Source: an uncultured Planctomycetaceae bacterium (lineage in GTDB: Bacteria > Planctomycetota > Planctomycetia > Pirellulales > Pirellulaceae). From it: DNA of 64,000 nucleotides. Position numbers and translations under genes: made by a program. Below the pieces are notes generated by a model that was not told the origin of the DNA, made no database searches, and worked only from the letters and a program-made list of their open reading frames with translations. The DNA is taken from the NCBI GenBank assembly GCA_963754725.1, contig CAVWHV010000045.1, positions 26,117 through 90,116 on the forward strand. The letters run 5' to 3'. Of this stretch, positions 9,530 through 21,683 are shown piece after piece (position 1 is the first letter of the stretch; every line of letters begins with the position of its first letter).

Positions 9530-9935
9530 GTCCGCTTCTCCCAGGATTGAATCTGCACAATCACAGCCTACGACCGGTCCCGGCAGCCGTCAAGGGCGTG
9601 AGACGCCGTCGCCGCGGGCCTCGGCACCCTACAAGTCGTGCCTGCTATAGTACTTCTGTCACTCCGGCGGCAGAAATTGAGTGCTCCCGCCGGGACCCGG
9701 CATCACGGGCGGATCGCCCGTCCAGGACGCGCTGACCGACTCCGAAGCCATCGAAGCCGTGTTCATCATCCGCCGCCATACGACCGCGCAGTCCACCGGT
9801 CGTATCCACTCCCGCCGCGCTCTGCTTGCCGCGCACTAAGCCATCCGCTCTGATACCAAGTGCGTGTCGTTGCGCTGAAAAGTCGTTGCGCAAGAGATCG
9901 TACACAGCTCGGTATGTCCTCCGGAGTGGCCCGCC

Positions 9936-12601
9936 ATGTCCAGCCTGTCCCCGTTGTCGCGGTCGCGGTTCGCAGTGACGGCCGCCGCATTGTGCATTCT
10001 GACCGTCAGCAGGGCTCTTGGCGGCGACACGCCAACTGCCACCGATGCCGAACAGCAGACGGCTCACGCCTGGGCTGCCGCGCATATCGCCGCCAGCCCG
10101 GCCGATGCTACGCTCAGCGCTCCGTTCTCTTTCGCGCTGCACGGCGAAGCCTCCGCCGAGTGGCTCGCACGCGCGAATCACCAGCGCAGTGTGAGCCAAC
10201 TGGATAATCAGCGCACTCAACACACGCTGACTTGGACGGACCAGGCGACGGGACTCGAGGTGCAGTGCGTCGGGATCGAGTATCACGATTACCCCGTAGT
10301 GGAGTGGACGGTGCACTTCCGCAACACAGGAACCGCCGACACCCCGATCCTGGAGAATATTCAAGCGTTAGACGCGACTTGGCAACGAGAGGACGAGGGC
10401 GAGTTCCTGCTACATCATGCTCTTGGCTCACCAGCCAACGGATCCGATTACGGACCGCTCGAGACATCACTCGGTCCGACGGCCGTCAAACGGATCAGCG
10501 CCGCGGGCGGGCGGCCCACCAACACCGACCTTTCTTATTTCAACCTGCAATGGGGCGCGCACGGAGTCATTCTGGCCGTGGGCTGGCCGGGGCAATGGGC
10601 GGCCGAGTTCGCTTGCGACGGCCAGCGTACGGTCCACGTACGCGCGGGACAGGAACTGACCCATTTCAAACTGCTTCCCGGCGAACAAGTTCGCACGCCA
10701 CTGATGGCGCTGCTGTTCTGGGAAGGTGATTGGATCCGCGCAGAACCTGTGGCGGCGGTGGATGATGGCACACAGCATGCCGCGACCCGGCGGTCACCTG
10801 CCGCCCCCACAATTCGTCGCCTCCAGTTCACGTGCCTACGAGGAGATGATCGGCGCGAATGAAGCCAACCAGATCATGCATATCGACCGCTATCTGGAAG
10901 AACGATTGAAGCTCGATTACTGGTGGATGGACGCCGGTTGGTACATCCAGAAACAAGGTTGGCCGCAAGTCGGTACCTGGGAAATCGATCCCCAGCGGTT
11001 CCCCAGCGGCTTCCGTCCGATCAGTGACCACGCCCACGCGCACGGCGTGAAAACCCTGGTGTGGTTTGAGCCGGAGCGGGTCGCGCCCGGCACATGGCTG
11101 TATGAGACTCACCCCGAGTGGTTACTGCGGACGGAACTGAATCACCCTTTGGCCGGCATGCAAGGCTGGTCAGCCAGCGAGTTGGGCGGCGGTGATCCGT
11201 GCGTCACGTACAATCCCACCGACCAGGTCCGCGAGATGGCCTCCATCCGTTGGAATCCGCGGCAACTGTCGTTTCACCCCGGTCCGAAGGGTGAGTACTC
11301 CGTGGTGCGATGGACCGCCCCGCAAGCCGGCACGGTCAGCGTTCGCGCAGTCTTCTCGGCGATCGACCAGCAGACCACAACCGACGTGCACCTGCTGCAC
11401 AACGGCACAGCCATGTTCAACGAACTGCTGCGACTCGACGGCCGAGGCCCGCGTGCCGAGTACCAAGGGGAACTCCCAGTCGCGGTCGGCGATCATCTCG
11501 ACTGCGTCGTGGGCTGGGGGAACGGCAGCCACATCTGCGACTCAACGGGACTCGAGTTTCGCGTGACCGACAGCGCGGGCCAGACCAGCGACGCTGCCGC
11601 GGAGTTTCACGCCGTGGCGACCGACACGAGCCCTTGGAGCTACGGTCATCTGCAGCCCGGCACCACGCCCGACGTGGCCACGTTTCGGGCGTTCGACCGC
11701 CTGAGCCGCCCCGGCGAAGATGGTCAGCGTCTGCTGAATCTGGGCGATAACGACGCTCGACAATGGCTGACAGACCATGTCGACCGACTGTTGACGGCAC
11801 AGGGTATCGACCTGTATCGACAGGACTTCAACATCGACCCGCTGCCGTACTGGCGCGCGAATGACGCGCCGGACAGGCAGGGAATCACGGAGAATCACCA
11901 CGTCACGGGTTACCTGGCCTACTGGGATGAACTCCGCCGCCGGCATCCCAACATGCTGATCGACACGTGTGCCTCGGGCGGCCGTCGCAATGATCTGGAG
12001 ACCCTGCGCCGCGCCGTGCCGTTGTGGCGAAGCGACTACGCGTTTGAGCCCGTGGGCCATCAATGCATGACGTATGGTATTTCGCTCTGGATACCCTACC
12101 ACGGCACAGGAACGGTCGCGTGTTCCAAGGCCGGCTACTACGGCGGTGGTCCCACACCCGTGGAACCGTATGCGTTCTGGAGCAACGCCGCACCGAGCCT
12201 GGGATCGGGGATCGACATCCGCGTGCGGGAAATCGACTATGATGCGCTCCGGCAATTGGTCGGCCAATGGCGAAACGTCAACCGGTTCTACGCCGGCGAT
12301 TACTATCCGCTGACCGCCTACAGTCGATCCAACAGCGAGTGGATTGCCTGGCAGTTTCACGATCCCGACACGAACTCGGGGTTGATCCAGGCGTTTCGTC
12401 GCGGCGAGTGCGATACCGCGTCGATCCAACTTAAGCTGCACGGCCTCGATCCCGCCGCCAGGTACGAACTCACCGGCCTCGAAACGCCGGGGACGAACGT
12501 TGTGAGCGGCGAGGAGTTACTCAACTCAGGGCTGACCGTGTCGCTGTCCGCACGTCCCGCCGCGGCTGTCATCACGTACCGGCAGGTTGTGTCCGGTGTG
12601 A
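9936..12601 (+). pseudogene. Secreted alpha-galactosidase-like glycoside hydrolase (clan GH-D, GH36-like), at least two frameshifts
   Basis: ORFs 9936..10862 and 10726..13365 join at about 10738 (FWEGDWIRA | QNLWRRWMMAHSMP). Features are a signal peptide, LKLDYWWMDAGWY, VWFEPERV and LIDTCASGGRRND. In the current frame it runs straight into the M28 gene. A stop (TGA 12599..12601) exists only in the third frame, which implies another shift near 12580. Confidence 0.65.
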
Positions 12602-13792
12602 GCGAATCACTCCAGACGATCACGGACCAGGAACTCATGGACTACGTGCGGTACCTGGCAGACGACACGCTCGAGGGTCGAGCGACGAATACCCCGGGAG
12701 GCACGACAGCTGGCCAATACCTGGCCCAGGCAATGAAGCAACTGGGCATGGCGCCTGGCGGACCGAACGGCGAGTACATCCAGGACTGTGGCGCCGGATG
12801 CCGCAATGTGCTGGGGATTCTCCCAGGGAGCGATCCCGCGCTGGCCGCAGAGTCGGTCGTCGTCGGTGCCCACTATGACCATATCGGAGTCCGGCGAAGT
12901 CGCGGTGCCGGCGAAAACGCCAGCGTCCCCCGCGTGTGCAACGGCGCCAACGACAATGCGAGCGGAGTGGCAGGCGTGCTGGAAATCGCCGAGGCGATCG
13001 ACCAGACTGCCTCAACCGCCCCGGCGCAGCATTCTGTTTGCGTTGTGGGATGGCGAGGAGCGCGGATTCGTCGGCTCGCAGTACTTCGTGGCCCATCCCA
13101 CCGTCGCGCTCGATCGCATCACGTGCGTCCTGGCAATCGACATGATCGGTCGTGTGGCCGACAATCGATTGGTCGTCTGGGGCACGGGCACTGCCATCGG
13201 GTTCCGCGAACTGTTCACCGCTCACAACGTGGAACCTCAACTCGACATCGAGTTTCGACCGTTCACCTTGCCGCTGTCGGATCACCAGCCCTTTTTCGTC
13301 CGCGGCATTCCGTCGATTCTGCCGTCGTCCGGCTTGTTTCCCGAACTGCACCGTCCCACCGATGATGTGGCGTTAATCAACGCCGACGGCTTGCGGCGAG
13401 CAACACAGTTGCTGCAAGGTGTCGTTTACGATCTGGCCAATCGCGACGATCGCCTGGCGTTTGTCGAAGCCGCGCGCACCGACACCGAAAGAAACCCATC
13501 TCGCTCGGCAGCGCCGCCGACGCCCCAGCCCGACGACATATCCCATCCCCTGGGCTTCACTTATCAGCGTCACCCGGCGGAGCCATCGGCGTGGATCGTC
13601 GTCCAGGTGACCGAGGGGACACCCGCGGCCGAGGCCGGCCTGCTCCCAGCCGACCGGATTCGCGCCCTGGCCGGCGTGCCGATCAGCAGAACGCTCCCGC
13701 CAACCCCCACTGCCGGCCAGCAAACCGCAGCCACGGATCTGCAGATCGAACGCAACGGCAGAATGATGTCGATGTCAATCGTGCCCAAATGA
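12598..13792 (+). pseudogene. M28 family aminopeptidase with C-terminal PDZ-like domain, one frameshift
   Basis: Candidate GTG start at 12598 (MSESLQTITDQELMDYVRYLADDTLEGR). Then CRNVLGILPGSDP, VVVGAHYDHIG and NGANDNASGVAGVLEIAEAI, followed after a shift near 13010 by PRRSILFALWDGEERGFVGSQYF. The tail VQVTEGTPAAEAGLLPADRIRALAG is PDZ-like. Confidence 0.7.
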
Positions 13793-13833
13793 GAAGCGGG
13801 AGGAGGACGAGAATCGAACGTCGAATGCCGGAG

Positions 13834-13873
13834 GAACGCCCAACGCCCAACGTCGAACATCCAACATCCAAGG
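13834..13873. repeat. Heptamer array (CAACRYC)n, left arm of a second inverted microsatellite family
   Basis: gaacgcccaacgcccaacgtcgaacatccaacatccaagg; partly complementary to the array at 13916..14012. Confidence 0.75.
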
Positions 13874-13915
13874 CCAAGTGACGGAAGAACGCCGAGTGAA
13901 GCCAAATTTACGATA

Positions 13916-14012
13916 TTCGGTCGGCACTCGATGTTCGATGTTCGATGTTCGGTGTTCGGTCGGGCATTCGATGTTCGGTCGATGTTCGATGTTCGGTCGG
14001 CAATCGACGTTC
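13916..14012. repeat. Heptamer array (GATGTTC / GGTGTTC)n, right arm
   Basis: About 12 degenerate units (cgatgttcgatgttcgatgttcggtgttcgg...) between two convergent genes. It abuts the stop codon (14011..14013) of the sialidase-like gene. Confidence 0.8.
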
Positions 14013-15944
14013 ACCGCTCGGGTCTGGCGTGGAAATTGCCGACCGCTTCGCTGGTGCGCAAAGCGCGCTGATAGAGTCGCAGAGACCGCACGGCAGCGGC
14101 GATCTTCAGCGTCGCGGCGCCGTTGGGCGTGCGCAAGGTGGGACTGAATCGCCCCCAGCCGAATTGTCGTTCGTCACCTCCATCGCACAGGATGCCATCG
14201 ACGAGGAAGGTGATGATCTTCGGACCGCCATCGACTGTGATCACGACGTGCCGCAACACGCCGCTCTCGATGACGCCGCTGTCGCTGTTCCAACTGACTT
14301 CCTGTCGACCGTCTTGGAGCGTGAGTCGCAGCGGCCCGCTTCGCGCGTGGTAACCACGATTCCCCGACCGGTCGCGTCGCGGCTGTCGAGGATCACGGCG
14401 CCGGGTTCGACGCTTCGCATTGCAGCCAGATGTCGAGGCTGAAGCCAGCGCGCAGGTCCTTCGCGCGATGATCCGGTGCGGCCGTGTCGCGACGATGGAA
14501 CTCGGGCAACCGGGCATGGGCACGTTCGGTCGGCCGCGGACTGGCGGCAGGCACGTACAGCAACAGACCGTCGGCGGCCACGGTTCGCTGGTCAGACTGG
14601 TGAAACAGTCCGTCGAGCAGGGCGGGCGGAATCTCGTGCACACGGGCCACGTGCTTCTGCGTTTCCGTGACGAAGAACTTGCCGTCGTCTTCCACCAGGT
14701 CCGGATAGCTCATGCGAATGAACGGGTCGTCGTCGTAGAGCACGATCTCGGGCTGGGACCACTCGATGCACCGGCCCTCCGGCGTGTCCACTTCGCGGCC
14801 GGCCAGCCAGCCAGGCCGGGTTACGATCGTCGTACGGTCCCCATTCAGGCATGCCCGCCACGGCCGCACCGCCGTGATTGTGGAACCAGTACAGGAACTG
14901 GCCGTTCGAGCAGTTCCAGGCGAAGTTCGCCGCCCGCGGGTGCTTGATGCGTCGACCGCCCGGGGACGTAGCTGGCGTAGGCCGGCTCGCTCCAGGTGTG
15001 GCCTCCGTCGCGGCTGTAGGCACAGGCCGGCCAGCCAGCCACGGTGCGATAGACACAGTAGAGTGAACCGTCACTCAACGACACGATACTCTGTTCTTCC
15101 GCCACGCGGCCGCCGCCCGCCGGAGTCCGCAGGCCGATCTCGCCGTCCGGCAGCGTCTCGAATGTAATGCGTTCCGGATCGCTCTGCTGTCAGAATGTTG
15201 CGACTCTGGAAGAACGCGCCTTCCGATTGAGCGAAGAAACCGGGCCCCATCGCGCCGACTTTGTGCAGGACCATGATCGCGTCGTCCGGCCGGACCAGCG
15301 GCCGGCCGACATTCCAGAAGAAACGCAGCGTGCCACCGTAGACGTTCTGGCGATCACAGGCGAATTCACGGATCGGCACGTCGTAACGCCGGCTGGACCA
15401 CGAACGTCCGTGGTCGTCGCTGTACTTGAACACGTAATGACCGAGCGAATCCACTCGCTGGTAGACGCCTTGGTCCTCGCGTTTGACTTCTCGCACGTTG
15501 TCGGTGTTGTGGTTGTAGAAGCAATAGATGCGCCCGCCGGGCACTTTCAGCAAGACCGCGTAGCTCGCTTCCGGCCCGTCGACCGGTTCGAGGGCCACGC
15601 GTGTCCGACCACGTACTGTCCCTGATCGGTACTGCGCATGCGCGACGACATGCTGACCGGTGGCACCTTCGACGCCCTGGCCGGTCGTCATGACGCACAG
15701 CCACGCGCCATCGTCCGTCTTGACGATGTACGGCTGATCGGCATAGCCTTCGCTGGAGATTATCCAGGCCATGGCTGATATGCCGCAGATCAGGTACGGA
15801 TGAAGTGACAACTTGTTGTCTGCCTGTGCGGACCTGGTGCGCAGCTTGTCCCAGGACCACGGAAAGAAGCAGAGCCAATCCGGCCATGGTGGAACCCCAG
15901 ATTGACAAACACGAGGAACCGCAGAAGCGACGAATCTTCGGCAC
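14011..15944 (-). pseudogene. BNR/Asp-box exo-alpha-sialidase-like protein with C-terminal LamG (concanavalin-like) domain, at least five frameshifts
   Basis: The minus-strand fragments 15071..15811, 14845..15105, 14592..15074, 14393..14869 and 14011..14643 chain in order. Asp-boxes SDDHGRSW and SRDGGHTW are present. The LamG-like tail is VVITVDGGPKIITFLVDGILCDGG. The signal peptide (GTG 15944, MPKIRRF...LALLLSVVLGQAA) is in yet another frame. Confidence 0.65.
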
Positions 15945-15970
15945 TGCGCACTGCGTTTTGTCGTAAAAGC

Positions 15971-17194
15971 TTATCGTTTCAAACCGTTTCAGCACCGCTT
16001 CGTCGCAGGCACCCAACTGGAGCGGGTAGACACCGTACTCGCGTACCAGTTTGACAATGTAATCGTAGGTGGGACCGGCCACGGAGCTGGTGACCGAATG
16101 ATCGGATTGAAAGATCAACCCGCCGCCTTTCGCCGCGTTGAGTTTGCGGAGGACTTCACGGCGGATGGCATCGCGATCGCCGGTCTCCCAAATGGTCACG
16201 TCGCTGTTGCCGCAGAAACCCATTTGATGCCCGTAGCGGCGGCGCAGATCGAGCACATCCATGCCGGCCTTGACCTCCAGCGGATTGTAGGCATCCACGC
16301 CGATTTCGATGTAGTCCGGAAAGATGGCGTGGACATTCCCGCAACCGTGGTAGATCACGGGGAGCCCTGCGGCGTGGATCGCCTGCACCATGGCGGCCAC
16401 CCAGGGCTTGATAGTACTCGCGCCAATACGCCGGCGCCATGAACGTGCTCTTCTTGTAGGCCACGTCGCCCCAAATGACGAAGCCGTCCAACAGTCCGCG
16501 GCCCGCCTGCAACTGGGCTCGGGCCATGGCCAGGTAGTAGGCCCCGAGGCGGTTGATCACGGCGCCCATGCGCTCGGGGAACTCCGCCATCCACATCATG
16601 CTGTTGACCTGGCCCACCAGCCGTGTCAGGCATTCGCTGACTTCGATGATGCTGCCGTAGACCGGAATGTCGGGCCACAACGACTGCACGGTGTCCAGCC
16701 AGGGAGGTGAATTCCGTTGGAACCCGTCTCCCACGCCGGCGATCTGGTTATCACCCGCCGCCAAGAAACGCCGCGGATCGTCCGGGTCATCGAACCGAGC
16801 GCGTTCCAGTTTCTCGAACTCATCAATTTCCCAGCCACACGTTTCCGGCATGGGATGGTGGAAGTACTTGTGCATGACCGCGCCGAAGCCGGTCTTCACG
16901 ACCACTTTCTCGGTCGTCTCGCGTCAGCGTCTCGAAGGGACGAATCCACGGGTCCATGTTGGGGACCGTCACGACCCAGTCGAGATCGTAGTACGAATAG
17001 GGTTCCGCATCGGCGGGCAAGTTCAGTTCGCGTCGCCACCGCTCGGTGAAACTGCCCCAAAAAAAGTCGCTGATCGGCACGCGGTCGGGCTCTTCATGGC
17101 GAAGTGCCCGATTCATGCGTTCCAGTTTTCGAAAGGTGTTCTCGTGACGGTGCCGCGGGGCCGCGAGCCGATTGGCCGTGTCGAACATACCCAT
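15971..17194 (-). pseudogene. Uroporphyrinogen decarboxylase (URO-D / MtaA-like) family protein, about three frameshifts
   Basis: Fragments 16823..17320, 16156..16905 and 15366..16400 chain. Start is ATG 17194 (MGMFDTANRL) with AAGGACAG upstream. Motifs are GFVIWGDVAYKKSTFMAPAYWREYY, IHAAGLPVIYHGCGNV, VDAYNPLEVKAGMD and GGGLIFQSDHSV. Joins lie near 16915 and 16405. The natural stop (15971..15991) is reachable only after a further shift. Confidence 0.65.
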
Positions 17195-17240
17195 GGCGGA
17201 ACTCTGTCCTTGCAGATGCGCGTGCTCGAACTGATCCGTT

Positions 17241-19674
17241 CTACCAGACGGCTGCGGACATGGTAAGTGCGAGGAATCTCTGACAGAGTGACCCGATGAT
17301 TCTGGAGACAGGTGGCGCAAGATTTTCCGGAGGGCAGCACCGCCGTTGCGCTCACGCCCTCGGGGATCTCCACTTCCAGGCGAAAACAGGCCCGTTGTCG
17401 ATCCGCCAGCGGCTCAGCAGGGAGCCGGCGGGCGATTTGAACGTGGCTTCGGCAGAGGTCAGCGGGCCGGGCTGAGGCGCGATGATGACGTTCTTCCAAC
17501 CGATACCGCCTGGGGCCTGGCGGATTCCGGCCACATAGCCGTAGTACCATTCCAGCACGTGGCCGAGCATGCAGTGGTTCAACGACGCGTTGCCGTCCAT
17601 CGTGGCGTCCCAGGTTTCGGGCAGTGCGGTCAGTCCTTTCTTCAAGATGCCGCCGTAGCTCCCCAACCCGTCGCGCGCATAGACTCGGTGCAACACGTCG
17701 GATCTGACCGGCCTCAGCCAGCGCTCGGATCAAGTACACGTGCCCGACATCGCCCGGCGTCTGTTGCCAACCGCGCTGTTGCAGATCCGCCACGATCTCT
17801 GCGATCAGCATGGCGCGGTCGGCCGGCGGCACCACCTCGGCGCAGAGGGCCATGGCGTTGGCACACTGCGGGCTGCCGAAGTTCCGGAGCTTGCCGGAGG
17901 ACGGGTCGCGGAAATGACGCTGGAAATCGGCCGTGATGCGCGTGTGGAGGTCGCGGTACTTCTGGGCTTCGGCCGGGCGGTCCAACACCTCTGCCGCGCG
18001 CGAGACGGCCAGCGCACACAGTGCCCAAGTCGCCGTGGCCGAGAGCTGAGGTGGGCGTGAATTGCGACGCCCCCATCGATTGACCGTGCGCCGTAATCGC
18101 ACCAATCGCCCAGCCCCTCGGGAGCCAGGCCGTCCTGCGCCTCGCTCTGGACATAATCGGTGAAACGACACATCATGTCGAAGTTTTCGCGCAGCGTCTG
18201 CGGGTCGCCATACCACTGGTAATGTTGCCAGGGCAGCAAGACGGCGGCGGCACCCCACTCCACCGTAAAATTAAACGCACCCGGGAAGCGACCGGCCGGA
18301 TAGCTCGGTGCCACCGTCAGCACGCGCCCACTCGGCTCCTGGGCATCGCGAATATCCCCCAAGATCTTGCTGTACCAGTCGCGGCAGTCATAGCGATAGT
18401 CGAAGGTCGGTGCCAGGAGATAGGCACACTCCAGCCAACCCAATTTCTCCCGGTGCGGACAATCCGAGAGCACGTGGCTGGTGTTCGACCGGATGGCCCA
18501 ATCGATCAGCTGATGGGTGCCGGTTGAAGAGCTCGCTCGAAGTCCGGAACGTTCCGACCTCGGGCAGCGCCGTGCGCACGTGGATCAATTTCAGCGATTG
18601 GATCACCGGGAGGTTGTCGGGATTGGCATGACCTGCAGGAACGGCACCGGTAACCTCGACGAACTGCATTCCCAAGTAGAAACTCATCCACTGGTGTGCG
18701 AGGGGCTGGCCATCGCTCACGACGTTACAGCCGACGATGTAGCCGCCGAACAAGCGGTCGTCCGCGTTCTTGTGCTCTCCGCAGCGGAACGATACGTTGT
18801 CACCGGGCTTTCCGCCGCTGAAATTCCGACCCGCAATTGGGCCGAGCAATTCTGTGGGAAACTGTAGAGGAACACACCTGGTGCCGGTTCCTTGATGGAC
18901 GAGGGCAGGTAGCTTTCCTGGGTCTGGAACGACGGCCAGTCTTGCCGCAGAGGCGCCGACAACGCGGGAACTGCACGTGCGGGCCGCCTGCCACGACGGT
19001 GTCGTCGAACCCCGGGCTGTCCCACTGCGGCAAGCACCGCCGCGCGTCGAAGTCCTCGCCGGCATAGACGTGCGAGAACACGATCGGCCCCTCGGTGGTC
19101 CGCCAGCTCGCATCGGTGCCGACGCGCGTGACTGTGCCGTCCTGCTGTTCCAGGATCACCTCCGCGCACAGCAACAGCGGTTCGCTCGCCTCGCGCTGCG
19201 GCCCATCCTTGTTGTACCGACCCGCCGGCGGATTCGGATTGTGCCAGAAGGCATTGGCCAGCATCACTCCGACACAGTTCACGCCCGGCTGGATCAACGC
19301 GGTGATGTCGTAGTCGCGGAAGTAGATCGTCTTTTCGTACTGCGACCACGGCTGGTTGATGCCGGTGTCCGCCAGACGAGTCCCGTTGACGCTGGGATCG
19401 TAGTCACCCAGACCGATCGATGCGCAACGTCGCGCGTCGGAGTTGCGTATCGGCGGAGAACTCCTTGCGGAACAGACGGCCATGCGTGCGGCCCATCCCG
19501 GCCGACGGCGGGAGCAATCCATTGGGCGACGACAAACGGCGACTCCGCTTGACGCGCGACCGACACGGGGCCGGGATCGGGCTGTGGAGCCGCGACGGCT
19601 GTCCCCCAAAAACTGCCAAAGGTTCCCCAACCGACAACAGACGCGACGATCAGCACGCGAGCGAGAGATGTCAT
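17241..19674 (-). pseudogene. GH78 alpha-L-rhamnosidase, heavily frameshifted (at least six shifts)
   Basis: Fragments 19294..19674 (signal peptide MTSLARVLIVASVVGWGTFG), 18800..19750, 18388..19113, 17805..18473, 17113..18258 and 17352..17696 chain in order. The hallmark SDCPHREKLGWLECAYL is present, plus NHCMLGHVLEWYYGYVAGI and FRLEVEIPEGVSATAVLPSG. Confidence 0.7.
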
Positions 19675-20010
19675 GGCAGGTTGGCAGCGCCTCTCCAGAA
19701 AACGGGGCAGAAGTACCCTTACGGCCCCACTTCGTGTTCAACTTGTTCACGCGTGAATCGCGTCCAACTTACCGCCATGCTGACCCGGATGCAAGCAAAC
19801 CGCCCGCATTCTCGCCGCCCGCCGTTTCGATCAGCGCCGCGAGCTGATCTAATCTTCTGCGTGTGCGCACAGGATGCGGTCGGCGCGCCGCTCTGCTCTA
19901 ATGATGAGAACTCGCGTGCCCCTGATGTTGTGGAGACCGCCATGAACAACCACTGGATCCGTTGCGATGCTTTGGGTATTGAGGAAGGCCATTTACATAG
20001 GAGCACTGCC

Positions 20011-21618
20011 ATGCGTCCTCGGATGCTCTTCGTCGCCGTGCTCATGGCGGTTACCGACATCACAGGGGCGGCCGCTGAGCCGATCAACATCGGTGCGCGC
20101 CGAGAGCTGTTCGTGGACGACTTCCTGGTGGAGACCATGCGTGGCGATATCCACCTCGAACTTCACCATCCGACGCGTCGGGAGATCGTGTTCAAGACCG
20201 ACGCGCCGTGGGAAGGTAACGCGGCCGCCTACCAGTCGGTGTTCCAGGACGGGAAGTTGTATCGCATGTACTATCATGGCGGCCACTATCGCAACGGCGG
20301 ACCGCCGTCGCAGGTGCTCGATGAGCACCCCTGGGTGTTCTGCTACGCCGAGAGCGATGACGGCATCCATTGGCGGCGGCCCGAATTGGGCTTGTTCGAG
20401 TTCGGCGGCTCCAGGGCGAACAACATCATCTTGACACCCGATTTCCTCGCCGAGATCGGCGGCGATCCGGCGCACACCGCGGCCTTCCTCGACCCGAATC
20501 CCGCCTGTCCTCCCGACGAAAGATACAAGATCGTGGTGGTCGGTTCGAAGCCACATGGCTTGTACGTACTGAAGTGCGGCCGACGGGATCCATTTCAGCT
20601 TGATGAGCAAGCAGCCGTTCGTGAGCGAGGGGGCTTTCGATTCGCAGAACCTGGCGTTCTGGGACCCGACACAGGGCCCTATCGCGCCTACTGGCGGATC
20701 TTCACGGCCGGAATCACCACGGGCGAACAACTGGAGTCCCAGCGGGTACCGGGCGATTCGCACGGCCACGTCTCCGGACTTCGTGCAGTGGAGCGATCCG
20801 GTGGACCTGACCTACGTCGATTCGCCTGACGAACAACTCTACACGAATCAGATCCAGCCCTACTACCGAGCGCCGCACATGCTGATGGGGTTTCCGATGC
20901 GGTATACGGAGCGGGACTGGTCGGAGCCGCTACTCGACCTGCCCGGCCCTGGAGGAGCGGCTGACCCGCGCGCAATCGCACCCGCGTTACGGCGCGGCCA
21001 TTACCGACGGTCTGTTCATGACCAGCCGCGACGGACGCCTGTTCCATCGCTGGTCTGAGGCCTTCCTGCGCCCGGTCCGCGCGAGCGACACAGCTGGGTG
21101 TACGGCGACAATTTCATTTTCTGGGGCCTGGTGGAAACGAGTTCCGCACTCGAGGATGCGCCCCGGAAATCTCCTTGTACGCGACGGAGAGCTATTGGGA
21201 AGGTCCGTACACGAGCATTCGCCGACTGACCTCTGCGTGCCGACGGGTTCGTGTCTGCGTCGGCTTCCGAGGCAGGCGGCGAGTTGGTCACCAAACCGAT
21301 CCGCTTTGACGGCGGGAACCTGACGCTGAACTTCGAAACGTCCGGGGCGGGCAGCGTACAGGTGGAAATCCAGGACGCGGACGGCCAACCGATCGACGGC
21401 GTACACTGGCCGACTGCCCTCCCATCTTCGGAGATCGGCTGGCGAAAGTCGTACGCTGGAAGCAGCGCGGCGGCGACGTGCGTGCACTGGCCGGCCAGAG
21501 TGTCCGCGTGCGATTCGTGTTGAAAGATGCGGATCTGTATAGTTTTCAGTTTGTACCCTATGTGGCGGACCCGCAGAATCCGAGTGTGGCCCAGCCGGCA
21601 ACCGAGAGCAGGAATTAG
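20011..21618 (+). pseudogene. Secreted beta-propeller glycoside-hydrolase-like protein (GH43/GH32-clan-like, family uncertain), at least five frameshifts
   Basis: ATG 20011 (MRPRMLFVAVLMAVTDITGAAA). Then RELFVDDFLVETM, DAPWEGNAAAYQSVFQDGKLYRMYYHG and CYAESDDGIHWRRPELG. It continues through fragments 20600..21058, 21018..21323 and 21251..21523 to VRFVLKDADLYSFQF and TAG at 21616..21618. Confidence 0.55.
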
Positions 21619-21683
21619 CGAGTGAATGGCAGTCCCTGCATTCCGCGCGGCTCGAGTGCCCGTTCTCAATCAGGAGTGTCTCC

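Noticed and set aside
9530-9935. Possible riboswitch or ncRNA in the 400-bp spacer upstream of the GH36-like gene
   Set aside because: I could not fold or recognise any known riboswitch core by eye, and there is no repeat or terminator signature. It is left unannotated.
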